From contig OZ316894.1 of the NCBI GenBank assembly GCA_973895155.1, positions 19,970,451 through 20,034,450 of the forward strand: DNA of 64,000 nt. Direction: 5' to 3'. Every line of letters starts with the position of its first letter. Positions within the stretch are counted from its first letter, which is position 1. A model generated the notes under the pieces. It worked only from the letters and a program-made list of their open reading frames with translations, searched no databases and was not told the DNA's origin. Shown one piece after another: positions 1-14,514 of this stretch. Made by a program: the position numbers and the translations under genes. The stretch is from Marsupella aquatica. Its lineage: Eukaryota > Plantae > Marchantiophyta.

Positions 1-1928
1 AGGACACGGCGCGGAGTCTAGCGCGGAATTGACGGAAGTACTGGTAAAACTACGGCATGACGAAAGAACGAGAGGCTGTCCTAGAGGAGGTACTGAGCTG
101 TAAAGAAGGGAGCTCTAGTGCTCGGTACTAAATGAGCAAAGGACGCTGGGGGCGGAGTGAAGGGACTGGGAAAAGTTGTTAGGCCAAAGGGAAAGACGCG
201 CATTTACAGCAGGAAGCTCAGAATTCAGGGATGCAACGGGAGGTGCTGTAGGTCGGTCGGGGAACAGAATCATAGAGCCAGGCTGCCGTAGCCGCAGAGA
301 GGAGATAGGAAATGATGGATGGCACAAGCTGTAGGACACAACCGCAGAAAGACTTAGGAAGGGCGAACAGTTGTTTTATTCCTTTATTATTAGCAGATTG
401 GAGTGCCTCTGCCCTCATGGGCAGTGCTCCAACATAGCCGGCACTGCCACCTGGAACCCGTACGTGGCCGTTGGAATTGGGGAATTTGGGAGGAGTACTG
501 ACAGGTAGCTCGAAGGGATCGATCGTCCGTTAGTCCGTCCATGAATCGTGCTGCACTCTTGTTGTTGTCGCCGTTCATATCAGGCAGAGTGGGGTGGCAC
601 GGATCGGGTGCCGGGTTGGTCTCTCATGACGCTCTTTCAGAGCATATATCGGATTCGCGGCCCGGCGTCTGGGGTTGTAGTGGGCGCGGATCGCTTTCTT
701 TCGTCGTCGCCGTCCACCCTCAGGGTGTCTGGACCTTTTGGCTTGGTAAGTAAGAATGTTACCTGTAGCTGGTCGTCGTTGATTGCATTCAATTTTGAAA
801 CTAATGCAGTTTCGGGACTGTACTGGAGGAAACCACTAGCGGGGCGGTCGATTGTGAATCTCCGTCGTGTTGAGCGGGTCGCGGGGAGTCCGAAATTTTC
901 CCTTCCTGCTCAAATTTCTGTCAGGAATTTCCGTTCTGAATTCCTGACAACCTACTGCATGCTGTTGGACTTCCGATTGCTGAGAATTGGGAGTGATCAA
1001 AAATTTATTCCAGGCAATTGACCTTGTGAGGCAACTATTTGAGGCTGTCCCACAGAGTCTCTGCTTAACCAGTTTCGACAATCGACATACATTTGAGCTT
1101 TCAAATCGAATGCATGCCAATTCAGGCCGCTGCTTGTCGCATTGGTGATTCCGCGTTCTTGACGGGACATCGTTCGTTCTTGCGAGGGAGCCTGCTCCCG
1201 CCACTGTAGCCTTGTGACTGTGAGCCTTATTCCTATTGCTCCCACCCCAACAGAATGATGTTGAGCTCCACCTTGTTGCTCTGGCCCCTTTCGGTCTGCA
1301 GTTTTAGATTACGCAGCCGTCCTTCCGTGTTTTAGGTGAGATCAAGAAAGATTTCGGGACCTGAGTAATTACACTTAGCAATGCTGAGAGTGGGGTTCTA
1401 TCCCAAGGAAGTCGTAGGAGACAGAGTACTTGAAGCGACATTTCTAAATCTCGCAAAAGCACCCCAATTCCCTCCATCCGGCATATTGGCCCCAAACGCT
1501 TCAGATGAACGACTGTTACTAAAAGCAATAGGGCTCTCCGGGATGGTATTACACCTCGTGTGGCCACTCGCCCCGTATTGAACAATGGGCGGTCATCTCA
1601 TCCAGTGATCCTTATCCGAGCACCAGGTTTTTCCTTGCTTATGAAATCGACGAAGGAAGTAGGGCTGATAGGCCAAAGCGAATTGCACTCTGCGACTGTT
1701 TTTCTCTGGAAGGTTTCCTTTCTTGTTCGGGTTTCTGCTTGACTTACCAATATGCAAGTCTTTTGAGAAGCATGCAGAGTTTTAAGTTGACCATTGTTGA
1801 CTCATGTGCAGAGCTCGAGAAATATCAAGCGGTTAGCTTCCTGCCCTCCCCTCGGCTACGCGCGGTTTCTCATTAGAGTGCCATTGCCTCCCGCCAGACA
1901 ATCGCGATCCCGGGAGGTCACAGCTGTC

Positions 1929-4900
1929 ATGCACACAAGCTCATTCAGTTATTCGAGGAACAGAAGTGTACCTCGGGGCTCAACAGTAGTGGACTTCGTC
2001 GACGCCGAAAACCCTGTTTCAGTCTCGTCCGGAACATCTGAGTACAGGCGATCAGGAGTAGACGAAGAAAGTCTGCCCCATTTCGCAGAGCAGGGCAGTG
2101 ATATGAATTCACGTCACATGAAGGTGGACATATTGAGCATTAAGGATGATGTAGCATCCCTGAGCCCATCTCCTGTGCTTCGAGTTAAGAATGGAAATCG
2201 TCTGGCGCGATTTTCCACGGAGGGTAGCCATGAAGAAAAGCAGCCTCTTGCCCGGTCCCAACCGCACACACGGAGAGCTCTTACCGAACCGGCGGGGTTT
2301 GTACCCCCTAAACGATATCAATCATTTAGGGACGATGTGGGTCATGCTGCAGCAGAAACGTTCATGTTAACAGGACTGACGTTAAGGCTCCTTCGCTATC
2401 TTGGGTAAGACATGACTGCTCTCAGACGAAGATGATTCCTGAGACAACAAATTTTCAGCGTCGTTTTCTCATTTCCGCAGGGTGATAGAGATTGGGTATG
2501 GCTACGAATGTCAATGCTGTTCGTGACTTCTAATCTCCATGTTAGCCCAGTACAGGACGTAAATTGGTTTTGCATCCAACTGTCACGGTCATAGTTCTCC
2601 TTCTACGATTGCTTTGTGGTGAGCAGTAGAATTCGAGTCAAACTCAACTACTATCTGGAGCCCTTATCTTGAATACATTTCATTCCTCTAATAATCCTAA
2701 AAATCGACCTTGGCCACAACACAGAAGCTGTGGTGCAGCCCTTATGTTCAGTTCCTGTGAGCTTGAAGCTGTTGGATGCTGATAAATTTCTGACATGGTC
2801 TGACCAAGAGAATTTACTATGTTGGCAAAAATCGTGATCTGGATACCTCTTACCAGGTGCGAAGTGGTGAAACCAATTAAAATGTAATGGCATAATATTA
2901 AGATTCAACGGCCTCGTGCTTGACTGCAATTTAGCTTTTCCACTATAGTTTAGTATAAGCTAATCATATCTCTCCACTGTCCACAGCCTGAATGCTGTGC
3001 AGCACAGATGGTGTTCTCCGTTGAGATTGCTACTACAGAGGATGTTTCTTTCTTATGTATGTTGGATGCAGCTGCTTGCTTTACTTACCTCTGATTAACC
3101 ATGGAGCCAACCTCAAGAATTTTTTCCGCTTTATTCTTTATCTGGGTAGATCTTCAGATGAGCGAACAAGGAGTTTTGCTCAAATACCTCCGGTTGATAT
3201 GCTCATCGAGTAACTTTTGTAGAATTTAACCTGAATTATGCACTTCGTAGTGTTTTCCATCCTAGTAGTTTACCATATTTGATATACTCCAAGGCTTAAA
3301 TGTTATTTGAGGTTTTGCATGGACTAAGATGTCTATGACGTTGTTGCTATCGTCCAGGGTGGGGTACCGATGGATAACGAAATTGTTGGCTCTTGGTCTG
3401 TATGCGATTTTCTTAATGCCAGGGTTTCTGCGAGGTTAGTGAACAGCTCTGGTTCTGGGTCTCAGCGGAAGCAAGCTTTACGTAAAATGTATTGTCGCGG
3501 AATGATTTTCACTGGTTGTCCTCATTTTGTCTTGCAGAAGCTGAATTTTTTCGTCGACGTTCCTAAATTGAAATACTTACTCGGACTGATTTGTATGTTC
3601 TTTGAAATCTTCCAGTTGGATACCAATATTTCTTCGCGAAGAACATACGTCGTAGTATTGTTTATGGAGATAACCCAAGAAATAGGTACCTGTTATACTG
3701 GCCTACATTTTTACCTTTTCTTAAGATTTCGTAGACTGGATATGGACTAAACAGGAAACCAATCTATGTAGAAGCTGTGGTTTTCTATCTAAGCAGCATG
3801 CTGGTCGGAAAGAGAACTCTACGTCTAATTTCTGCAGCACTGTCGCACGTTTCGTGTGCAACTGTCACTACGTTTCCGCATATGTTCATTGAATTATGTG
3901 TCTTATTATGTTGTGAGCAGATTGGACTTGTACACACCAGAAGATGTAAGCACTCCAAAGCCAGTGGTGATATTCATCACGGGGGGTGCATGGATTATTG
4001 GGTAAGGATTTCTACAGCACATGGTAACGGGCCCACATACGGCTGTGCTCTATCCCATGTTATTGTGCAATAAAAGGTTTGGCGTAGCTTTGCATTTGGC
4101 TGCACCACATTCTGGGGCATCAGGTCCTTGTGCATTGCCATTAGAACCGAGGCAACGGACAACTCGATTAAACACAAAGTTAGCGAGAAATATTGCTTCT
4201 GGTTAATTGTAGTCGTGGTCGATCCATAGTACTCCCACCCATTCGATGAAAGACAAGTCCACAAGAACCAACAAGCTGTCTCCCAAGTTGCATCTGTGTC
4301 AGCCTTTCGGTATCCCAGGTTCAATGTTCGACAAACTCTACTAGGCTAACTGTTGCTCCATGTAGTATGTTATTTACGTCGAAATTTACTGCTCAAGAAA
4401 ACGTGACATTACCGTATCCTAAGCGCGTGTGACGAGCTGAAGCAAAAACCGTTTGTGAAGAATATTTGCAGTGAAGCCGAAGTTCTATATTTTGAATTTG
4501 TACGTGTGACTAGTACTGCATTCGATGGGGAAGCGTTCTGTGTTTTTGTGTATGAAAATAACTAAGATCTGTGCTGACAGGTACAAGGCTTGGGGTTCTC
4601 TGCTGGGAATACAATTAAGTGAAAGGGATATTATGGTCTGCTGCGTCGACTACAGGTCGGATTTATCTTTCAGCTGGATGCATGCACATAAGAATCTTAT
4701 CTGAAATTTTGCCTTGTTAGCTGTGGGCTGCTGTTTTTGTTACTATAACCAACGGCCTAATTTCCTTTCCTAATTATACAAATAATATTCTAAAGTGCAG
4801 GAACTTTCCCCAGGGTGGGATAAGTGATATGGTCGAAGATGTTTCTACTGGCATTGGTTTTATTGTGAACAATATCGATCAATTCGGAGGTGACCCGGAC

Positions 4901-6879
4901 AGGTAGCTATTTTACATGCAATCCTTATAACTGTCCTCCCGAATTTTCAAAAAGTTTCTAAATTTATTGTATATCATCGTCAAGGCGATCGCACCGGTTG
5001 GTAACTTAGTCGTGACCCATATGACCCGAATCTGGGCGTAACATAATAATACCATGAGAGCAGAGAAGTCCCTGAGATCATGTCATGATGAAGACTTCCG
5101 ACGGATCTGACGGTGCTGTTTTTCCCTCGAAATTTAATCTAGATGAACAATTAGTTCGTCGTCCACATTGCAGAAAAGGGATGCATACAGGGCAGGCTAC
5201 AAAGTGGACAGTGAAACTCGCCTGTCTATCACAATGCCTCTGTATTAGGAGATTGCAGACGTTGGATCAAGGACTTTCATTAAGCATGCACTCAGCTTGA
5301 GCATCCAACATGACACCCATTGACAAGCTGTTCTTGAATTTTGTATCAGAATATACCTAGCAGGCCAATCGGCAGGATGTCATATAGCTTCCTGTGCCTT
5401 AGTTGAGCAAGCTCGAATCGAGATAGGACAGAAGGAAGGAATAATGACCTGGAAAACTGGACAAATAAAAGCATTTCTTGGTCTATCTGGCGGGTATGTA
5501 TCGAGAATAACGTCTTCATTTTATTTTACCTTTCCTGCTTGATCATTTTAATGCACGTATAATAAATCTCCATCCTTTGTGACGATAATTGGTATTCTCA
5601 TTGACATGTTGCCAGGTATAATTTACCAAAACTGGTGGATCACTTTCATAACAGGGGTCTTTATCGAAAAATATTTCTGGGGTATGACCTCTCTTTATCA
5701 TTTTCTCTGACCTTTAGGACTAGATGAAGCTTTTCATGATGCAATGTCATTTTACCAAAACTAAGTTGAGATATTCATCCCAGACATTCAATCTATGTTT
5801 GGCACATTGAGTTATGGCTGAATGCGGAGCAAATTTCTCGGTTTTCGTTCTCTCGTGTAGGGGTCTGATGATAAACGGAAACCACTGTTGGGGGCAATTG
5901 TGACTAGCCTGCTGTCACTACCAGTTTATTTAAGCTGTATTGGATTGGATTGTATTGTGGTTGTGTAGGATCATGGAAGGGGAGACATCTCTGCCACTCT
6001 ACTCTCCAGAGTTGGCGGTTCAAAGTGAAGCATTTGCCCCCGCAGTTCCTCTCTTACCTCCAATGTACCTTTTTCACGGCACTGCGGACTATTCAATACC
6101 TCATGAGGCGAGGTAAATGTAAACAGGATTTCGTCCCATCGTTATGAAAACAACCATGCATACGAGTTGTGACATTTTGCTGAAAACGTGCTTGGTAATA
6201 GAGGAAATAAAACCATCCGCGTCTGCTCTGTTGATCAGCTTGGATTGCTCTTTGCTGTGGCTTGGTTATTAACCTTCTGAGCACGGCAATGGCAGTGAAA
6301 ATTTTGCTTCAGTCCTCAGACGAGTGGGTGTACCTGTTACAACGAAATTGTATGTTGACAAGACGCATACAGATGTCTTTTTACAGGTATAGTGTACATT
6401 CTGGGTTGATGCTTGTGACCCTAAGTGCAGCCTATCTTCCTATTTCGACATCTGATTATTAAATACTGTTTGAAGGAGTAAAAGGTCCCCACATCCTGCC
6501 ACAATGAATATGGTGAAACTGTTAGCTAAATATATGCACTGTTGGCTCGATAGGTGCTAGTGATGGACAGGGTATGAATCGTTAAGGAATGATCTGTTCT
6601 AGCTTGATGGCATGCTTGGTGTAGATGCTTGAGTGCAGAACTAGATGGTAATCGTCATCGTCATCTGAGATCACATGAAGTGCCACCTGTAGCTTTAATG
6701 ACCTTCTCACTTCGCAGGATCCAATGCGTGGAGGCTATGACCAGCTTTTCGACGACTTGTTAGAAATATTGCATGCGGATGATGAAGAGGCAAAAGAAAA
6801 GGATGCAAAAGCTCCTCTACGTCCTCGACTAGTTCCAGAATTTTTACTGCATTTAGCTCACGTGGTTAGTCCTTTCTAG
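1929..6879 (+). CDS. ICMEL: Isoprenylcysteine alpha-carbonyl methylesterase (ICME/PCME-like alpha/beta hydrolase), ~11 exons
   Basis: GT-AG exons ~1929-2404, 3358-3434, 3616-3685, 3921-4001, 4581-4655, 4801-4902, 5350-5493, ~5616-5681, ~5969-6112, 6296-6386, 6718-6879. They join into [27 protein letters not shown]|[21 protein letters not shown]|[16 protein letters not shown]|YKAWG..DYR|NFPQG..GGDPDR|[31 protein letters not shown]|DPMRGG..VSPF*. GxSxG nucleophile motif present. The start ATG (1929) is tentative. Confidence 0.92.
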
Positions 6880-8318
6880 ATTAGTGCGGATATCGAACTT
6901 GCAGTCGATGTCATTTGCAGTCCAGTTCAGGAAAAGGGTGGAAGTGAAGCTACACAACTAGGGAATTTTTTTGCTGGCATGCAGCAACTTAGTATAGCTA
7001 TCTCCCATAAGTAACTGTCCCAAGGCCAAACTCTATGCTTATTTTGTTCGCCACAGGATTTAGCGGGACTGGTCAGGATCCCGCGAAATTGACCCAGCCC
7101 TTCTGTTTGGATAGAATTCTCCGTTTGCCCTACTCGAACGGTTTTGTTTCGCACCAGTTGCTTTGTTTTCACCCTTTCACTGCCATCATCTTAAAATCGG
7201 CCATGGAACAAAGTCTGAGTCGGTCTTTATAGGATCTGGCCAGGTTGGGGCAGTATGACAATCCGATTCCGGATAATTGGATCGGCGAACATTGCACACC
7301 GGTTGTGTGAAATGTTCGCCGATCTCATGCACCTTCGGTGTTTCGACGCGAATGTCGACCAAACTGTTACTGACTGAATCTCCACCACTTTTCCTATATG
7401 GCGAAAGAGTGTTTCTCCTGCTGACCTTTTTGCTTTTTCGCCTTTGGTCTCCATGGAACACTGTGAAAATGGACCAGCTCTACGGCCAGATTTGAAAACA
7501 ACGTTCAGAGGAAACAATGGGTTTTCTCGCTACAGTACCGGTGGGTCATACTGAAAAACGGCATTATGATATGCTCTCCAGGATGGAACAAGCCATGGAT
7601 TTTCCTGTACAGCTCTACCCTAGAAGTGACGTTCTAAAAACCTTCGGCTGGACTATGCTGCTCGGTTGGAGATATGTGGAGAGGAACTTAATTGACATAG
7701 AACACATTTTTCGGCTAGGTGTCAGCTAAATGCTCAGAAAATTACACTCACAAAAGTTTTTGGCTGCCACCAAAAGGACTCGGTAGTCTGCCTAATAATA
7801 TCCGAGGTGGATAAGGCCAAGGGTGGCTTATGGCCGCCATCGCTAATGTTTGCTGACTGATTTAGGGACCCCCAAATACACAAATCACCACTGGTGCACT
7901 CCATAAACGGCCTCTATCGAAACCGAAGTTCAAACCTCAAGCTGGTCCAAACTCATATTCAACCTCGAATGTGAAATCGACCATACAATTCAGTCGTCAG
8001 TTGCGCAGAGTTCAGATGCAGGAGTAATCTTTCTGTTGTGAGTTCGATATTCCTGCAGGAAATTTGACTCTCATCACAAGTGACATGTCGAGGCTGGAAA
8101 GTCAACTATCATGAGCATTTCATGGTTGTCAAGGGTGACCCACCAATGCACCCAAATGTACCGACTGCATAGTCCCATTTGAGTGGTCAGCCTCCACTCC
8201 GTTAAGGATACAAGTTAACGGTGGGGAGCTTTGTCTGGAAAAATGGCCGGGAAAGGAAAAACATGAATGTTATAGACCTTTCCAGCCACTTCTGGAGAAT
8301 GAGGCTCTTACACTAATT

Positions 8319-8375
8319 GGTGTACCCAGTATCTGCAAGGAAATCATGGGTGTACCCAGTATCTGCAAGGAAATC
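8319..8375. repeat. Tandem duplication, ~30-bp period
   Basis: GGTGTACCCAGTATCTGCAAGGAAATC occurs twice in tandem. Confidence 0.85.
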
Positions 8376-9099
8376 GGTCTCTCCTGCAATAGATGGTGAG
8401 GCCAACCATTTGCACAATCCTGGATGCCAATGAATGTCCTCAGACTGTTTGCTCCAGTGTGAACCAGCTCAATGAACTGTGATCTCCAACGGTTGCCAAC
8501 AAGCAAGAAGAAACTGGCAAGTGAATGACAGAGAACAGACGAGGTCAATCGGATTTGCCAGAGGCAGAGTGAAAGGGCACGATGCGCTATCAGACCTTGA
8601 TATTGCGAAATATTGCTGACTACAACTCCAATAACGCGAGGCTTAGAGAATCACTGAAAATGCATGGAAACTATGGCGACAGGCTCTTCACCCACAGCTA
8701 CAACAGCATATGACATGATGCAGGGCCATTCAATTGCTCCTCAAATGAAGATGAAGGAAAACATTTCCATGAATTTCCATTCACATCATATTGGACATGA
8801 ATATCAAACTGGCTGACCAAATAAAATTCGTCTTTTGCCCCAAACAGAACTTCGTGCGGGTTCACTTACCTCCATTCATTCCGCACTGGATGATAAAGGT
8901 CCACACAGTTTGATTTTTTTTATCAAGATCAGGGTTGCCTCTACTCTCCCTGCACCCAATCTATCAGAGCAAAATGAAGCTAAAACTGGTTATTTTCAAA
9001 GAAAACCACAATGTTCTCGAGCACAGCATAATATCCATTTTTTCAACACAATATCATTTTTCTCAGACACTTTTTTTTTATACAACTGTCTATAGCCAA

Positions 9100-10830
9100 A
9101 CTAGCCAGCATTTTAGTATTTTACAGTAACTTTAGTTTTTTTATGTTTAATTTAATCTTGTGTGGAAAACCAAGAATCAAACTTTGTACATGACTCATAG
9201 CATTGTATCCTTCCAAATTTAAATGAACAACGCATCAACACAGCAATGAGAGTGCTCTCTCTATTCACTCTATTCAAATAGATTGCCCCAAGGCTCGCTA
9301 TTTGATAGAGCGCTGTGTTTAGGGGAAGACTGTAGTTTGGGTCTGGGACCAGAGGTGAATCAGTTTCAAATTCTTGTCAGGCTGCTCATTCGTGGCCTCG
9401 CCCGTTTGGAAGACCAATTGTGCAACCAAAGACTTTTCATTTTGAGAAGTGATCGAGTGTTTCAACCAAACACTTTGGTGTGCTCATTGAAATAGTAAGG
9501 GGCACTTCACAAGGCCATGGATTCAAACACCAATGAGGAGCACTTTACATAAACCCAAAAAGAGAGGATATCCAAACCAAAAAGAGTGCTCTGTTAACAT
9601 GCCACCTAATTCTAGAATCCTATTTAAAAATTGTTTTACAGGTTCCATTGCTCCCCTTAAAACTATAATGTCCTCTCACAAAAACACCACTGGAGTGTGG
9701 TGTAAAAAACACAACCAAGTGGCCATGCCAAATAGGATCTTTTTCGGCCCCTCTTGTATCCCTGTCAGTAGGTTTAGGAGTTTCCAAACCACATTGTGCT
9801 CCTGAATTGATGGTTTAAAGTGAACTTGGCCCAAAATCAGAAATTCTACAATATACACTTAATCCTTGAAGCAAACCTTATCTGTTGGACAGACTAGGTT
9901 TATGTAAAGTCCACGGAGGCTAAATCTCCTGCCCTCTTTCAACAGCCACTGTAGATACTAAATATACTAACGAGGTAAACCAATATGCATTTTGAGAAGG
10001 CCCATAAATGAGACAGCCCTACATGGTCAAACCAACAAAACTTTGGGATCTCCTCTGGAAGTGGTATAATCCAAGAACAAATTTAAGGCTGTTTATCAGT
10101 TGCCAGGGTGGTGAATGTGAATCATGTGTGAAAGAAGAGATGATAGGAGAATTCTCGATTTAAATTGTCTGGATTTAAAGAGAGCCTTGAGATTGTGGCA
10201 GTCAGCTAGTTCTCACATTCCGTACACAGTATTACAGCTCAGTAAACCCCCCTCGGACCTCGGTTACCTGTAGTTAACTTTATATGTTTCAAGTTGAGAC
10301 CCATATTAAGCAATGGGTGAGAGAACTAAAAAGACATGGAATGACAGTCTAGTGGGTTACTGTTTAAAGATACATTGTGCCAGCAGGGGAATGATACTTG
10401 ATTCTCTTCAGCCTTGGAGTTTTTCTAATACTTTACTAGTTTAGTCTTAGAATTTCTTTGAGCATGTGCACAAATTGGTTAGAAATGAATTAAAAGGGCA
10501 ATATGATAATGTTTCACGGAAGCATTGGAAACATATCCCCAGGACATTCTTCAACCTCTACCCCGGCCAATGTCAATTACTCCAGGCTGGTTTTGCATAT
10601 GAGGTGTGCCCAGACAGATTTCTGAACTCACCCAAAGATTTAGAAGACATTTGCATGGGTTTCCTCCAGAGACTATTTTGTAATCACATCCTAGTTCAAA
10701 AGTTAAGTATATAGTAAGGTCCGGTTAACAAGGCATGCATTATGGGCCATAAGGCCTCCCAAAATGAGAGCTTTAGCTCGAGTTTTGAGTGGTTACTATT
10801 GCCCCCAATGCTCTGTAACAGGGCATTTAT
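9100..10830 (-). mobile_element. Heavily degenerate L1-type LINE ORF2 remnant
   Basis: Minus-strand peptides occur in the expected order: LGEFRNLSG (RT motif 6-like), NVLGICF (YLGI-like), PRSEGGL (PKxEGGLG-like). Many stops and frameshifts; T-rich tract near 9070-9150 may be the tail. Boundaries approximate. Confidence 0.5.
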
Positions 10831-10839
10831 GCACTTTGG

Positions 10840-10950
10840 TTTAAACCACCACTATCCATATAAAAGGAGAAGTGTCCAAGACTTCACATTTTTCTCCTCT
10901 AGGGTGAAACTTTGCTCTTTAGGAAAAGAATAGTAAAAATGGTGAAACCT
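10840..10950. mobile_element. Truncated copy of the MITE-like element at 55883-56041
   Basis: TTTAAACCACCACTATCCATATAAAAGGAGAAGTGTCCAAGACT..TTTTCTCCTCTAG..AAAAATGGTGAAACC aligns by eye with 55883-56002; the right TIR is absent. Confidence 0.7.
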
Positions 10951-12867
10951 TAAAAAATATAAACGAACAAATAAATATTAAAAAATGGACACTGGCCCTT
11001 TGAGAGAGTTTTTACTTTTAGTAAAAATAGAGAAGAAGTTTCACGATTCCCCCATCCAAAACCCAGATGTGTATTCTTCTCCATAAAAGCACAGACATTT
11101 AGAAAGAGAAAATAATAAATATCATTAAGTTTGGACAAAGATATACATTCTGATTCTTCTCTCCATTTTCACAAAAATTACAAAGAGAAAAATCACGGAA
11201 AAGTCACGAACAGACAGCAATAAGTTCGGATAAAGATCCCATCTGAGCTTAATATGCCATCCTCTCGAATTTCTACCTCCCAAAGCAGCAGAACTAGATA
11301 CCGAATCAAGTAGCGAATAAAATAGCGAACCAGGGAAACAACACTAAGCGACGGAAGGAGAGGGAGAGGGACGATCGACAATGTATGGTGAGAACAAAGG
11401 CATTGTCGAGAAGTAATGTGGGGGATTGAAGAAGGTGGAGTGAAGAAATGGAGGATGCCGGCTAGAATGAAAACTTGTTACTCGGTTCGATTGCGAGTGG
11501 TTGGGATCTGGAGCAGAGGAGAACCAAGGCCGGAGTAAAAAATTGAATTATCATGACGATGATGCTCTGCTGTAGGAGATGTAATGAGAAGGTATTGAAG
11601 AAGAGAAAGGTTTGTTCACAATACTGATTAGCATTTAGTGAAAAGCTATGGATTGCTACCACGGGAAGGTTTTCAAGGATGTAGATTAGGATGCACAGAA
11701 CACACAGCTGGGAAGAAGGATATTAACCATCCACTAAGAAATTGAATGTGCGTAGAGAAGGAGGTTAGACCGATGCTGCTGACAAGAATCCAGAACAGGG
11801 GAGCGATGGATTGACTGCTCGCGCGGTAGAGGATTTTAGAAGAAGAAGAAGACACTCTTCGAGACGAACGAAGAGGGGAGGGAATGGAAAGCATGCGGGA
11901 TTTAAGCATGTCTGTGTTTATGTGACGTTTCTCTCTCGATAAGGTGAAGAAGTGGACATCTGAGATGAGCTTAGACCTAGCCGCAATGGTTGAGCAGTCT
12001 ATCTATGGACCAAATGGCGATGTGAAGAAGGGGAATTGAGTATCTCTCTGTGCAAATCGAATGAGTGGAGAAGAGGATTGCTCTTTGAGGACAAATTTGA
12101 AGTGTGGAGACATGCATTTAAAGTTGCGAATGATGAGAAGAATAGTGTCGATTGCTGAATCTTCGATGTCCGAAGAAGAGAAAACCGCCAACGGGCATCA
12201 TGCATTGATAGTTGGAGGGGCCACCTGGAGAAGCGCACTTCAAATCTACCAAATAAAGGTACGGATAGGAGTTTTTTGGTTGGCTTTTGCATCCGCAACG
12301 TGAAAATAGGAGACAGAACACAGTGGAGAGGAGCGGTAATCCTGATTCTTCCCTATTCTTTCTATTGAAGCAGGCGGAGACGAGAATGAGTGACTTAAAA
12401 TGTTTGTATTTCGGATCAAAGACGCATGGTTGTCCATCTTATGAATTCTAGACACGACGATCAGCTCATGGATCGCCGAACTAGTGGAAAACAAGTTCAT
12501 CTGTTCATAAAAAGAGCTCACTTCCTTATATACAAAAGAATTTTGAGTAGCGAGATAGTTGAATGTACAATATCGACCGAAGAATATGGTGCAAACGAGT
12601 ACTATCATTGCCGAGTTGATAAGATTTCGTGGAGAAGAGGCTTGAGAACTAATTCATCGCTATGGGTCCTTGCAGAAGAGCTTCGAATCTACTGATAGGA
12701 GGACACAGGGGAGAATGATCATGATGTGAAGGACAAACTGATCATGAGAAAATGAGCATTGATTATTTTTGGATGAACTAAAGCGTACAGTGTGATATGG
12801 ATGAGAGCAAAACGGAGTGCGTCGGAAGCTGTAGCGTGGAAAATACAAGCGCGTTGATGAGTGAGCA

Positions 12868-13231
12868 ATGGCGGCAACTCTGGTGGACTGCAGTGCATGG
12901 CCATTATCCTATTGTTCATCGTCCATTCCGACCGTTAGGAGAACACGTTCAGAAAAAGATCGTGCTCCGTTTTCACAAAAACGGTATGCGAATGCAGTTT
13001 GCCGGTGCAAACATGAGGACGACTCCGATGAGACGTCTCCTGAGGCTCCGAGGTACTTTTCGAACCTCGGGAGACGGGAAGCCCTGGCCTCTATGTTGGC
13101 TGGAGTGAGCATCGCATCTGCATCTTTTGGATGCGACGATGCCTCTGAGGTGGATATACAACAGGGAGCGCTGGCGCTGGAGGACCATGTGGAAACCGCG
13201 CTGTTCAAAGATGCAGTCGCACTCCATTCTG
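12868..13231 (+). CDS. Putative first exon encoding a chloroplast transit peptide plus twin-arginine thylakoid-lumen-type signal; downstream exons uncertain
   Basis: caATGGCG start context; Ser/Arg-rich N-terminus ending VCRC; then LGRREALASMLAGVSIASA and ALA. Phase-1 donor G|GTAGGC at 13232; the unspliced ORF runs to 13311. Confidence 0.45.
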
Positions 13232-14514
13232 GTAGGCCAACGAACCTTGTGTCTGCTGTTGTGGATCTCTACTCCTCTTTCCATGTTGACAGCAACAGCC
13301 TTCTACTGTAGAGACAATAAATGGCGTGGTGATAGCGGGAAAGGTGTGCTCTGATTGCGACGGTCTAAAGCCAGCTAGAAGATACGACGTCCACAGAATT
13401 TAGGATTGGCGACAGTGACTAAAAGCAAATTGCCCAGAGATACGCAGACGCTACCTCACATGCAAGACTTACGATTGCAAAAATTCATTAGAGAGTATTG
13501 TAGTCTTCCTGATGTAAAGGGAACCGAATTGATCACAATTGTCCCAATTCTAGTGACTTTCTATAAAGTTCATCACAAATTGAAGGCTGTCCGGTCCACG
13601 TTGTGCCCCGATGTAATCTTTCATGTACGGAATTAACAGCTTACATCAGAAGCAAAAGACAATTTCGCTAGCACATCAAGGTTTTTCTAATTGAATCCCG
13701 GACTGTTTCACATCTCTGCTCTGTATTTCTGGGCAAAAAAGCGAGAGTTTAGGGTTCAAGCCAATGGTTAAAGCCCTTCAAGGATCGAACAGGCTCAGCT
13801 CTCTGAAACCCAGCTATCAGATGAAAATCATGAATTTAACTAGGAGACGTGGGAAAATAAAGTAAATCTAGTACTAACCTCTCTGCCTTGCATTCCGAGG
13901 ATCCGTTTCGCTGCCTGCCATACTCGCGTGCTTTTTTATAGCTCACTTTTATCTCTGATCTCACTATGGGCACCTAACTCCTGCCTGCGGGAAACAAAGG
14001 ACCCAACGAAGATCAGTTGCATTGCTCTTTCTCAAGAATCATTCCAATAACCTCTTCTTCCTCGTGCTTTGCGCACATGTCGGTGACTTGTACCTTTTTC
14101 CCGGTGGACGTTGCGTCACGGAACTTCACCGCAGCACTCCACCCAATGAGTCGCCGTCGATACAACCGTGAGGAGAGATCCCGGGAGATATCCAAATAAG
14201 ATTCTGCCTCGAGGACGGAAACTACACCGAAATTGAATGAAATTGAATGAGGGCGCTAGCTTATAGTGTGGAAATGGGATTCCGGTTGATGTCTTGAGCA
14301 CGGCTTTATCATGAGTCCAAGCAATAGTTTGCTCTATCGTTAGCATATCCTCAATGCGAAGAAAAACAATTCAACTGAGGCCATTGTGACGGGAGGCCAT
14401 GCCCTTGGCAGACAGATAGTTTGCAGTCTCCAACATCCTGTGCAGTGTCCAGCTGGGTTGTAATAGGATAACTGGAATAGCAGTGTATTGGAACTGATGT
14501 TTTATGATCCCATA

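Noticed and set aside
1-1790. Short ORFs at the window start
   Set aside because: No homology recognisable; likely promoter/UTR sequence of ICMEL or of a gene outside the window.
10950-12800. Purine-skewed region with faint LINE-like peptides on the minus strand (YLYLVDLK, LLLYAH, CLCSHH)
   Set aside because: Motifs are too weak and spacing is off; may be an ancient retroelement but cannot be supported without a search.
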